A stretch of 64,000 nucleotides of DNA. Source: Thalia democratica. Its lineage: Eukaryota. Of the stretch, positions 45,401 to 58,706 are shown in pieces. Numbering within the stretch: position 1 is the first letter of the stretch; the number at the start of each line of letters is the position of its first letter. The notes under the pieces are model-generated. The model was not told the origin of the DNA and searched no databases. It saw only the letters and a list, made by a program, of their open reading frames with translations. The DNA is taken from NCBI GenBank assembly GCA_965202585.1, contig OZ241833.1, positions 27,528,001 to 27,592,000 of the forward strand. The letters are read 5' to 3'. The position numbers and the translations under genes were made by a program.

Positions 45401-48400
45401 GAAATGTTTGCGCGTCTTTTGTCATCGCCGCCCTCAATCCAAACACTAGAACCTGACTTGAGCGACTTTTTATATTATAAGCCACGTTTTTTGTTTTATT
45501 TTCCGAATAGTGTTTTTGTGATGCCGTCGAGCTAAAATCATCATAAACGCGCTCATGTATGAGCTAGAAAGAGGTTAAAAGCTGCTTTTTGATTGATTGG
45601 TTGAATTACTGGTGTGTGACGGACCAATTGACGGTGATTGGCCAATTTCAAAGTGACAATATCGTGCCAAAATTTTTTATGTCCAGGTGCATGTTTTCTA
45701 TTTGCAAGCGAAAACATTAACTGATGTAAAAATATCACAACTATTTCAAGTAGCTTGTTGTGATTTTCAAAGGGTTGTCAAGTGTGAGCTATTAAAATTT
45801 CATCATAATTTATAGATAATTTGAATTTTTTTGCAAGTTTAATACATGAAAAGATAGTTGCATTTCATTGGTTAATAAAATTATAAATTTTTTTGCGCAG
45901 AATTGGATATGTGAAACAAAAATGTTTGTAATTGATATATTCTAATGTTTGCATACAAACGAAAACTTATGATTTATTTTTAATTTTAAATGTTAACAAT
46001 TGCTTTGAACATTTTCCAGTATTTTCAAGTTCGTTTAGTTACTTTGTGCTCTAAATTTAAAAATAACCGAAAATTAATACCATGGAGTAAATTTTAACAA
46101 ATTTGTAAAAGCAAAAGTTTGATTGTTTATTTTTTAAGGAAGAAATTGTATAATAATTTATAAATGCCAAGTTTAATAAAATATAAATTATATTACTTAT
46201 ACACTTCGTTTTATAAACTGCTGTTTAAATACATTAAGTAGAAACTGATATAAAAATTGTTAATAAACTTTTATTTTTAATTTAATGAAAAATATAGAAA
46301 ACTCTGTTATCATTTTTAGATTATTCTTAGTTCTTAAGTGTGTAAATATTTTTCGTTTATATATTAGAACTAATAGTAAAAGTATTTGTAAATCAAGACA
46401 ACTTTGTTTTGATAATTTAATGTTATTGTATTTACCTTGAATTTGTATTAATTCAACGCCAGAACAATCAAAATTTTCAAACATAAAGTAAAGTTCAAAC
46501 ATTGAATACTTTGCTTCTTGAAAACCAGTTTAAATCTTGGTTTCTTGCTTAAATGGATTCTAAGCTTGAATTCTAGCTTAAATTAACTTAAAGATTTAAA
46601 AATGTATTATGTAAACAAAACTACATTTCATAAAACAATTTTTTACTTATATATACTGTTTTTCTTCTATGTCTTAATTTACAATTTGAAGTCTGTTAAG
46701 CTAATTATTTTAAAAGTTTTTTTTTTTCAATTTCATCATTACGTTAAAACAATAAAATTTTAAAAAACTATATATTTTCTCAGGTAATGTACAGTTTAGA
46801 GGACAGTACAGTTCTGGTTGAAAGACCTGACGGTGGACTGGTTTGTGACCACGAAGACGGAACCAGAATAACCAAATTTTTCACCTACGATCAATTCGGT
46901 TAGAATTTTTAAATATTTTGTTTTTAAGGTATTTTTTGTTTTAAGCATTTTCTGAAACACACCTTATTACAAGGTAAAGTATAAAATAAATTTTCTGAAT
47001 ACTAATTTTATGATTTTTCACAGGCCACATTGTATGGCTGGTTCGAGTTGAATGTGAAGGATTTGCCACTGTCACATTCGATCTGACAAATGGCGAGTCC
47101 ATGACCTTATTTGGAAGTGGTACAACTCTGTCCATGTCTCAGGATCAGGACTACAAGGTTTAAATAGTTTTAAATAAAAAAACTAGTTCTGCTCTTTTTT
47201 AGGCGTGTGAATCTACTTATAACTGTTTCAATAGTTTTCTCTTATTTTTACAAAAGCTTAAGTTCTGAAAAATTAATAGAAAACAACTAAATTTATTCAA
47301 AATAAAAGCACCAAAATTAAATTTTATTTTCCACAAAAGAATTTTTGACCACCAAATGTTAAAGAAACAATCCAACAAAAGTTGTTTATTAAAATTAAAC
47401 CCAACCAACAACAGCTGTCGCATTGGACGGGGGGAATATTCGTGCTTTCCCGCGGCGGCACCGCCCTCTACCGACCTGCCCCCGAAAGCCCACCGGCCAG
47501 GAAGCGATCGGACACGGACATCAGCAGGGAGCACGTCGGAGGTGAGGAGAACTTCTCAGGCGAGGAGGAGCAGGTCACTTATTTGTTGCGTCACAATGAC
47601 CCCGTCTGCTTCGAAATGAGCGACTTCGACGGCAACGTTTTTCAGGTTCAAGTTTTTCTGTTTTTATAATTTATTTTTGTATTAATTAAATTTAATTTAA
47701 AGTTTTTAAAACATTTACAAATTGTCAACTAATTTTTTTAAGCACAAAAAAAATATCCACTTCTTCTGAAGCTAAACAACTTTCTCCCCACAGATCAGGA
47801 ACAACGGGTGTGTGACGTCATACAACGTGCATCAGGGCTGCGTGGAGGAATATGAAGACGAGGAGGGGGAAAACCCTGCAATGAATATCGAGGGTCAGCA
47901 AAAGTACCTGAAAAAATACGCAAAACACCCGCCCAGGTAAAAATATGTGAAAATTCGTTGGACTTATTTGAAAAAAGATAAGGATAGGTATTTAATCAAA
48001 ATTTTAAAAATGTAAGGCGAGTTCATTTTTAAATTACTGAACAATTTGTTAAGTTTTTTACAGCATTTATATGTTCTTATTTTTAAAATACTTGCTTTAA
48101 AAAACTGTAAATGAAAACTTAATTTAACTACCTTACGTACAAGTTAAGAACAGGCTTATTGAAACTTTAGTTTCCTAGGACAAAATAATGAACTAGAATT
48201 TGCTTTTCTGCTGAATAGGATTTAAAAAATTTAAATCAGTTTTGTTATGCCGTTAAAATTCATGCTGCGTAGATAATTTAAATATGCAAGTATTTTTGTT
48301 CTTTGTGTAAATATTTTAAATCAGTGCTTTATAAGTAATCAACTGCTACAAGATGAAAAATTAAACATTTTTTAAAATATTTATAAAACATTGTTTAAAT

Positions 48401-51400
48401 ACATTTTGAGTTTTAGTAATAGTTCGTTTAATTTTTGAAAACTTGTTTTTTTCTTTCGTTCAATAGACAACGTATTTTTGTAACATATTTTTCTTAAAAT
48501 TTTTTAGATTTGTCCACAGAATTTGCTAACTAAATGAACAAAATTAAATAAACTTTAAATATCAAGTTAGATTGTGTAAATAATAGTTTAAAGTCGTGTA
48601 CTGTGAAATAAACAAACAAAAGTGCTTATTCTTTGTTTGCAGATTATTTGTAGTCAAGAATGACGGAAGCGGATACGAATTGTTACGTCATAGTGACGTC
48701 AAACCTTCCATACAGGCTGCCGAATTGGACCAGTTTACTGCTGTTGTCAAGGACCAGTTGCTAGGTGACACAACTGCAGTTGGTACGTTGCAATCATACA
48801 TCATTTGCAAAATTAATAAAATTTTGTTTTAATTGTTCGTTGCAGTTATATACTTGGTTTCTTACAAAGAGCGTTGTTATATTGTAGTTTGCTTAAGCTT
48901 TTGACTGGTTTTTTATATATTTAAGTATAAATAAATCTAGACCACTGGTTGAAATTTTCATTATTGTGGACAGTAAAATAGTTAAGAAAAATTGTGTGCA
49001 TACTGGATAGATTAATATATATATTACAACAACATAATAAAAGTTATTCTTGTCCTTACTATGAATAAATTCTTATTAAAAACTATCAAAAGTTAGCTTT
49101 TCAACAAAAATTAGTATATGTTGTAACTAGTTTTTTTAGAAATGCTACTACCCTCAAAATTTATGTGCACAGTGTTTCAACTATGTACAGTACAAGCTTA
49201 CACTTTAGGAAACACTGCCATAGAAAACACATCCGTTTTTTTTTAGAATTTATTATAATGTTCTTAAGGTAAACATATTAATTTAAGTCATAAAAATACA
49301 ATTTTTTAGGGTTGACAATAATGCGACCTCATCACAACGATCTCGGGCAAGTTTGGAAATTGGACAAAATAGAAAGTGAAATAATCCCGCCAAATATCAG
49401 ATCACGTGACCTGCAAACCTACGACTTCTGGTTGGTTGTTTATTTGAAGAATGTTATACAAAATAATGGTTGTTGTAACAATTATTTGTTATTTAAATTT
49501 GTTCACAAAATACGCATGCAAATTTTATATTAGATTGGTAAAATAGAAATAGTTTATTATGTGCCTATTCATTTCAGGAAGCCAGTCAGTGAAAAAATCT
49601 TCCAGTTCGGTCACAAAAAGGGTAGGGGACTGGCAATTGGGTCGTTGGAGCCGCCAAAACCCACACCAGTGGCCCCAACTTGTCCCGATACATTGGAAGT
49701 GCGCCAGTTGGTCAGACATCCGGAAATTTCAAATGGTAAGAAAATATCTGCAACAACAACAAATAATACTTAAAAAGTTTTACTTGCTGGTTTAAACAGC
49801 TAGCATTTTGACGTTTTAATTTTTAACACCTTTCACTTTCGATTTTTCAATACATAGTTGTCATTGACAGAAAAGCTCTAAGCTGAAAGTAATGAAGTTT
49901 CAACGGCTTTTTGTTTGTACTGAGATAAGATTGAGTGCTCGACAAACATTTCCAATTGTGATTTGTTTACAATTTGCAGTTAAAATAATTTTTGTCACCT
50001 GCCGTTGATTGCTTTGTAAATTTTCTAAACAAAACTTTTTTTGTGCTTAATGGCGTTTAATCTTTGATTAATGCTTTTAAACAGACAATAAAATGTGCCT
50101 TTTTAGATGAGTTTGATTTTTTTTTAAAGAAATTTGCCTTTATTTTTGAATTTTATGTAACAAAATTTTAATCTGCTATTTCTTATATTTAGACTTCATT
50201 AATTATCTTAATTTCCATACCTTGAACAACGACTGAGTATTACCGATTTATATATAAAAAAATACTAAACATTATTAAAATGTTATGTTAGTTTAAGTCT
50301 CAATGTCAAGTATATTTTAAAAATAGATAACTGTACTTACAGTTTTACTTGGTAAAATTTATTTTAAAATATGAATTTAGTTTACTTAAATTTACTCTTG
50401 CTACAACTTATACTTTTAAGAACAGGCTGTTCTAATAATAAACTTCTGTATAAAAAGTTAATTTTTCACAACAATGTTCGCACAGAAACGCGTTCGATGC
50501 TTCAGAAGAGGTTCCTGGAGTTTGTGAGGAAATTATCGCGTGAGGAGATCCACAGGAAGCTGATGCAGATGGAAGATCCGAGGGAGGAGGGAGAAGTGAG
50601 GAGGGCGGAGGATCTTCTTACCTTACTCCTCCACTACGACGACAATGTCAAAATGTTGTCTGTACGTTTATCAACAATATTTATTTATAGCAAATAAAGG
50701 TGTTTGAGAAAGTTAAGAATAATCTCTAACATTGTTTTTTAATATCTAATTAAAACATTTGTTTTTTCTTAATGTTTAAAATTAATCAAGTGTTTGGAAT
50801 TTATGTGTAAAACCTATTTTTAATTTAATAATGCAGTACTTTTTACTAAGATATGGTTTATTGTTTGTCGTTATGATTGAAATATTGCTTTTTAATTATA
50901 CTTTCAATAACTTTTATCTTTCAAAATCTAAAACGGCAAAGTCATGCATCCAACTTATACGCATTGTCTATTGACACGTTTAATCGTCGATAATTCTTCT
51001 CCTTATCAAATACAAACAACTTTCACATTTTAACTTGAATCAACAGCTGAGGCCATTGTCATGTCTCTACAAAAAAAAAAGTGAATCTTTTTTGATGGAT
51101 TTAAAGTATCGAAATCCTTTCTTTTGTCCGTTTCATTGCCCATCAGTGATAGATCAAATATTTGTTTAGTCATTTGCATTTGAGCCTGGCAATAAAAAGT
51201 GGCGAAAAGTGACAAGTGTTTGTTTTACGACACGAAATTGTTTTGTTTTCGCCGCCTAAGTGCTTTTTGTTTGGTCAGCAGTAAAGTTTGTTGTTTGGAA
51301 ATTTGGGTTTTGTTTACAAACGAAAGCTTTTAATTCATCTGTTCAGCTGAAATTGAACCGGCCATTTTCTCTTATGATTAAACAAAAGTTTGTGCTTTTA

Positions 51401-54400
51401 AAGTCGTAAAAAATAATGAAAGTTTTTGTGTCAGTCTACTTGATAGGAAGCATTTACATAACGTTAAAGGGTGACGATTTACTTTAAAAATGCGCTTCTT
51501 TTTTGACTCACTATACATACATTTAATGATATAAAACTAAATTATTTAAAGATAATGCAAAACTTCTTCTACATCCAACGTAAGTGTTGCAAAATTTTTT
51601 CAGCCCCACAAGGACAGCAATGCCCCGATCGACCGCGAAGAAGAAATAATTCCGACGAATGTTCAACCGCTAGGCGACGTCGTTTGCATGAAGCACAATT
51701 ACGAAAAGGCCCTTTCACCCGAAAAACCCCCGACTCCGAGAAGAGCGTCGGTCAATCTGACCAGGGAAGATTGGGATCAGATCAGGGAGGAGCTGCTGGA
51801 AGAAAGCTGCAACAGGAACGCTCTCAGGTCGGAAAAAAACAAATTGTTTTAAATCTAAATTCTATGTACATGTGAAATATTTCGTTCATTGTGTTTTGGG
51901 CTCTTGTAAGGAAGTTCCTACGTTATTTTTTATGCTGAGCATTTTAAACTGATCCTATTTTTGTAATTGTAAAATTGAAGTTAACAGCTATTTTCCTAAA
52001 GTATTTTATTCAATTTTTTATTAATTCATATATTATGGAGAAAAATTTAATAGTATACACCATACAACTAGATATTCTAACAATATTTTCAAAGCCATAA
52101 AAAATTGATTATTTAGTGTCCCAGTTGTTTGACCAAACAGAAAATATTTTCTTAGCTTTCTAAAAACCTTTTTTGTAATTATGACGTCACTATTTATTAA
52201 CAGGTACAAGAAAGTGCCGACGTACTTTCAGAGTGAGGAGGGTAGAGAGTGGTTACGGACGCAAACGGAGTTGCTCAACGAAGCCAGCAAGCGGCTGAAA
52301 CCGCGGCAACAGATGAGCGTGTTGCTAGGCAACAACGACGAGAAGGTGTACGTGGGGAAGCACCCCATCGACAAGATGAACGTCACCAGTAATGGTAATG
52401 TGACGTCATATTAAAGAGTTCTGTAAAAATTAGTTTGAAGTTTTTTGAATTTATGTATTTAATTAGATTAGCTTTTAATAATAACCCTTAATTAAACAAC
52501 TGCAAGAGAAAAAACATTAAAAATTTTCTACTTATCTAAAACTGTAATTCTACTCTTTTAATAGACTTATTCAGTAAAAGTGAGTAAGTAGTATAACATA
52601 TTTTCTTTGTGAAAAAACAATTTAGTAAGTCTTAATTTTTTTTAATTTGTTTTAAAAAGAGGTAAAACTTTATTTTTTTATTTAACTATATATTTTGTGT
52701 TTGGAGTTTGATAAACGTAATGTTGAAAGTTCATTGTTTCAATAACTAAAGCTTGCAAACTAAACAAAACTAAATTTAGTTTGAAATATTTAGAAAGCTT
52801 AAACAATAAAGTATGAGTTGTCAAGTACTTTCAGAACAGTACTTTTCTATAAAAAGATAATTGTTTTATTTTTAATAGTTGCAAATAATTGTTAACTTTT
52901 AACGTTAATACTGATTTAATTGAAAAAGTAACCCCAGTATATTGAAAGCATGAAATTGTGCCAAAATATTTGACCTCAACTTAAACAGATGTTTTTTCCT
53001 TTTAAAAAATATCAGCACAACTTTAATTAACTTGCTCATATTGCTAGTTTTCTCGGGAAGCTTGCCAAAACTAAGTTTAAAATGCCACAAACTTTCTATT
53101 TACTTTTGTATCACTATTAGTTTCGCTTTTAGTTTAAGGTTAACTTTTTTCCAAACTGTTTATTGTGTGATTGAGCTTTTAATTGAATCAATGATAAAAA
53201 CGAATTATAAATGTTTTACTTCTAAAAAGCGCACTGAAATATTTTTTTAAGTTTAAACACAGCTTCCTAAAAATGTTTACTTTGTTTAAAAGACTAACAA
53301 AATAAAGGTATTATATTTTAAACTACAAACTTATTATAAATAGTTAGTAAGTTAATCAAACTTTTGATAAATTATGAAAAACATGTGTAATAAAACTTTA
53401 GAGGAATCAATACTAGAAGTTAATGAACTGAGAAGAAAAAGTATGGCAGCAAAAGAAGAAAAATTACAGCGTAATTCAGGTGATTTATATTTGGAATTTT
53501 AACATTTTAGTATTATTTTTTGTTTATTATTTATTTTATATTTTGCAGCTAATGCACAACAAAAGTCAATTTTGCAACAAATTAATGAATCAGTATCCAC
53601 TGATAATGAAAGTAAGTTACATTTATTTGTTTACAAATTGTTTTGAGACTAACAGTTAAAAATAAAAATATGTGTTAATAAAACTTTTTGTTTTTATCAG
53701 CCTTTGCAAGAAAAAAAAAGTTGTTTAAACGCAATATTGTTTCATTAATAATAGTTTACATTAAATTTCAACTAAAACATACATAAACTGAAATGCTATA
53801 GTTTTATATGTTTAATAAATAAGTGTACTTCCAAGTATGCGGTTTTTAGATCAACTTCTATTTTAAACTAGGAAATTAGATCACGACTTTATTAATTCAT
53901 ATAATGTATCCCTTTTCAATACAGCTAGTTTTATAATTTCATTACCGAACAAGAGCATTTTAATTTACTCACAAAATCGTTCGTTTTATCAAAAGCCTGA
54001 AAGCGAATTTTATCAAAGCTTCCAAATCGATGCGAAAATTAAGAAGCATTTTGCTTTGCTGCGATGGAAAAAGTTAATCAATTTTTCGTAACATTTGCTA
54101 AATTAAAAGCACATTTTATCGATTATATTCCGCCGCTGTTTGCGTGCTATAAGGTTAATGGCAAAATTGTATGAATTTTTATATATATTACAAAGCAGGC
54201 TTCTTATCGTATAAGTATGATATTTATTCGAGCCGATCAAAAATCAATAGAATTAACAATAATCTCTTACAAATCTTAAGTTTACTTATTTTCTATTCTT
54301 TATTTGCATGTAGATTTCACGGTATTTATCATTTAATTCTATATGTATATGTTTCAAAAAGCTACTGAATAAATATAAGATATATTGTGTCTTAAAAACA

Positions 54401-57007
54401 TAAACATTTTGTTTGCGATACTACATTTTTAACTATATGTATTCGTTTTATATGTGAATTCTACCCTTAATAAACAAGTATATGGTTTTTAAATTAAACT
54501 TAATTATGTAATTATTTTAACCTTAATAATATTTTGTTATATAAATTGCCTTCTATACTAAATGTAAGATAAAACGTTGTTTTTTTTTAACTAATTTAAT
54601 TTAATTTATTGACAGAACCTTATAAAGAAAATGGTGAAGTTTTATCAAATCAAGCTACAAATGGATCTACAAAGCAAATAGGTTGAAAATATTTGATAGT
54701 TTTTAAACTTCCTTTGAAAATATATAGATATTAGCACATTCCAATGATTGTAATCAAAGTTAATAATACCTTTGACGTTTGTACGTTTTTTAGACGTAGC
54801 CTTTATTAATCTTACTAAAATTATATTTAATTTCCTAAAATAATAAAAACAAATAAAAAGTTAATGTTACAAAGTACCGAATTTTTAAATACAAAAGTTT
54901 GATAGTTCAATACAATTTAGTTTATGAAAAACAAAATATTTAGATAATAGTTGAGATATTAATCACACAAGTTTTGTATTTTAAAACAGTTTTTAATTTA
55001 AATTTAATTCTGAACTCAAGTTGTGAAATAGAGATCATAAGTAAACTAGTATAAATTTTTAAGGATTAAAAGGATTCATAAAAAAAGATAATAGAATCAA
55101 AAACTATCTACAAAAAATTTTAAAAATTCAAGTTTAAGCTACCAAAAATGAAAACAAAACAAAAATTTTCATATGTTCAGACTCAACATTCATTAATTCG
55201 AACGTCGAAGAAAACTTCCCAGAAAACAAAAATCCCTCTCCGCCATTGGAAACCGACGCGTTGCCTGACAACGACGACGAGTGGAAGCAGCGGCGCTTCG
55301 ACGTCATGAGCTGGCCCAATGACGTCATCGGTCCCCGCAGGAGCAGGCACCCGGTGGCGCCCCCCATCGGCCGCCAAACGCAGGCGAGGCCCATCGACAG
55401 CGACGAGCACATTTTGAGGGATTTCTACCGGCAGCGGCGCCCCGGAGAAGTAAAGATGAATAAAACGGAAGTGGTGGTGCAGAAAGGCGGCAAAGTTAAA
55501 GGGGAGAAAGGCGTGAGTGACGTCATAATGCAGTCGCTGCTCGCTTTCAAGCCCAACGCAGTGCCCAATACTAAGGTTTGTTGTGACGTCATAACTAATT
55601 TAAACATTTGTTTATTTTTGTTGTTTCATTTTAGTACATAGAAATAGAAGAGCCGGTAAGAAAGCAGGCGAACAATGTGTCCATAGCAGGACCAATAAGC
55701 AAGGGAAACATGAAAGTTATGAAAAGAGGAGTAGAACTTCATCCTAGACAAGTAATGTTTTAGTTCAAATTAAAACTAGTTGGTCAAGATTTTTTTTTAT
55801 TTAATGAAGTTTTGTAACAATTTTTTTAAATCTAATACATTTCAACTTAAAACTAATTAATCTTTAGTTTTTCCCAGAATTTAAGATAGATTACCATCTA
55901 GATTCTAGAAGTAAACGTTTTTCTGGATATATTTACCTTAGCATGTTTTATTTTATTTTAAATAGACATAACAAAGATAGTTTGACAAACTTATGGACTA
56001 TGAAGTAGTAAATAAAAGTTTGTTTTTGTTTCAGTTGAATCTGGGAAAATTGGTGGAAGGTAAGATGTATTGCTGCACGTTCAGGATTCGAAATGTTGGC
56101 ATCGATACCATCAAATACCGAATAAAATCCCCTCCAGTCAACACTGGAATCCGAATCAGATACGCTCCTAAAAAAGTTGGTTTCATTCAATTGTCGCAAG
56201 TTTTTGTAAACAACTTTTTGTTATGTATTTTCTGCAATCGGATAATTATAGATAAAATTTAATAGTAGTAGTAAAATATGAACAGAACGTAACAAATAGC
56301 TTTTTTAAATAGAACATTTTTCCCTTTTATTTTTTTAATTTTATTTGTTAGATGATTTAAGTTTTAAAGATTTGAAATAACATTCACGGCTGTATATGTT
56401 AAAGTCTGATAAGTTTTTACCGTATGTATACAGCTTGTTATCGCACAAGTCGTCAAGTTAAGTATAAATTCTTTTTGAATATCAATAAAAGTGTTCTTAT
56501 TTTTAAAACAAAAACTTTTAAAGATACCAGCCGGTTTGGAGCAGAAAGTAACGATAGACATTTGTGCGATTGCACCGAATGTGCTAGTTGGAGATATTGT
56601 TGGAAGTTTGAACTATCAGCTTCAAATTATTGCTGAAACTGAAATTATTCACCTCCCGATTCGAGCCACTATTCTTCTATGTAGTTCATTTTATTATTTA
56701 TAGTTATCTTACAAATCAGGAGTTCTTTGTTCTTCAAAAACTTTGTATTATCGTTGTTTTTATAGTTGTGTTTTATTTAAGTTGACTTTAAAACCTTGAC
56801 TACCTATGCATACTTTATACATGAAGTTATTTTAAATTTTGCAGTTTAAATAAAAAAATCAATAATAATGCACTAATTAGTTCTAATATTTTAATTATAA
56901 CAGCAAACGCGTACAACACCATTGAAAATGAAGAGGAAAAGTGTGCAGTTGTCAAATTTAATTCAAATGTTGATGTCAAGTCTTGTGTTTCTGGTGATTT
57001 GGTGTAA
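42476..57007 (+). CDS. SPAG17: SPAG17/PF6-like C-terminal half (module C; 22 exons)
   Basis: Exons 42476-42594, 42977-43091, 43646-43772, 44114-44255, 46784-46898, 47024-47157, 47415-47645, 47794-47936, 48643-48782, 49310-49430, 49578-49735, 50486-50661, 51604-51827, 52204-52394, 53402-53479, 53549-53611, 54616-54681, 55181-55575, 55635-55751, 56035-56175, 56524-56680, 56904-57007. Lengths and phases are the same as in A and B, and the frame is open. Confidence 0.87.
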
Positions 57008-57213
57008 CTAAGTTGGTTCAACTGTAGTTTTTTTATGACTTGTATTTTTATAGATATTTACAAACGCTTTATCGATTAATTTAACAGTTTCAGGTTTAAG
57101 CTTTGGACCCATCAATCAGAAAAATGTTTTACAAAAATGATGAAAAAGCAAAATGTTTGTTCTTATTCACTGTGTTTTTATCTTACTGTTATTTTTCACT
57201 GTGTTTTTTAAGT

Positions 57214-57219
57214 AATAAA
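57214..57219 (+). terminator. Polyadenylation signal of module C
   Basis: AATAAA at the homologous position, followed by a CTGTGTTTTGG tract. Confidence 0.45.
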
Positions 57220-58706
57220 CTCTTTACTGTGTTTTGGTTTTTTATTTTGAAATAAAGTACTTTAAAAAGCTTTATTTGTGACTAGGTATAAAACTTGTAT
57301 ACAATATCTAAATATAAGTAAAATTTATTGATGAGCTTTATAAAAAATTATTTATCAAAATAAATAATAGAAACTGATTAGAAAAACTATTTAAAAAACA
57401 TAAATGTAAAACATCAAGTTACATAATTAAATTTAGAATAAAATGTTACAATTCAAAATCCTTAAAATTAATTTTCAAGTTTTTAGAAGTTTATAAAAAA
57501 AAAACATTTTGATTTCACCATTCGTACAGTAATAGAAGTTAATGATTTTTAAATTAAAAAATAATGAAGACCACTTTCAACATTCTAGTGATCAATTATA
57601 TTTGTATAGAATATTCAGTTTGTTTAAAATAGTTTTAGAGTTATTTATAAACTGGGTAAAAAACAATTATGCGTAGTTACGTCTTTAAACTGTCCTAATA
57701 TACAAATAAATAAATAAATTTTAAATTAAGAAATTTTCTAGGTTGATAACACGTTATTGTAGTTGTGGCCACTACGTTAAATTATTTTGTATTGTTTAAT
57801 CTAATTCAGGTTAAGCGTATTTTTATACTTGATAGAAAAAAATCAATCATGATTTAATTGACTTGTATTTCAAAATAGGTTTTTTATTTAACGTATTAAT
57901 TTAACTTTTTATCTTAAACCTACAATTTTTAATTTAAGGTCTAAAAGTTTTTTAATAGATAAATAAAAGAAGTATTTTATTTAATCTTACTTAAAAGTTG
58001 TTTTTATTTAAATATTTTTACTTTCTCTTTATAAATGATACGGGTTAATAAAAAGCTACAATCGATAAAGCAATATTTTAGTTACAATTTTTTTTTTAAT
58101 ATGTGAAATTAATTTATGCTTACTAATCGTGACTTCAATGTATTAAAAAAAAAATTTTAAGTTATATGGTGCATACTTATAAACAAAAGTTTTGATAGTT
58201 TAATAACAAAAAACTATTTTCCATTTTCGTGTCAACCCTTTAGCAAAAAGTGACGTTGAAAAACGTCATCATAGTTTTTAATTAAATCGTTAAATTTCAA
58301 CTAGTAATTTAGTTCTTTTCAGACAACTTTTAATAAATATGTTATAGTATGTCTTATTTGCTTTAATATCTAATTCATATTCAGTTCTTGTCAGTTTTGA
58401 AACTTGATTGAACTAATTCAAGAGTTATTTAAGTTTTGTAACGCATGTTTCCTAGTTATTTAAATTTATATTCTGTGCGTAAGTATTACTGCTTAACAAT
58501 TTATAGTTTTAAAACATTTGTGTCATTCTAAGACTAAACTCATTTGTAATTTTATAGCATCATTTTATGTGTTTTAGTTTAGAATTAGTATTTTGTAAGG
58601 TTAAATACATGTTTTCGAATCATAAAAACATTTTAGTGGTACAACAAATCTCATATTATAAAAAATGCTTAATCTTATTTATGTGTAACTTTTTTTAATA
58701 TTTTAA

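Larger units (their letters stand above)
39786..58706 (+). repeat. Tandem segmental unit C (~18.9 kb)
   Basis: Collinear with units A and B. Confidence 0.95.
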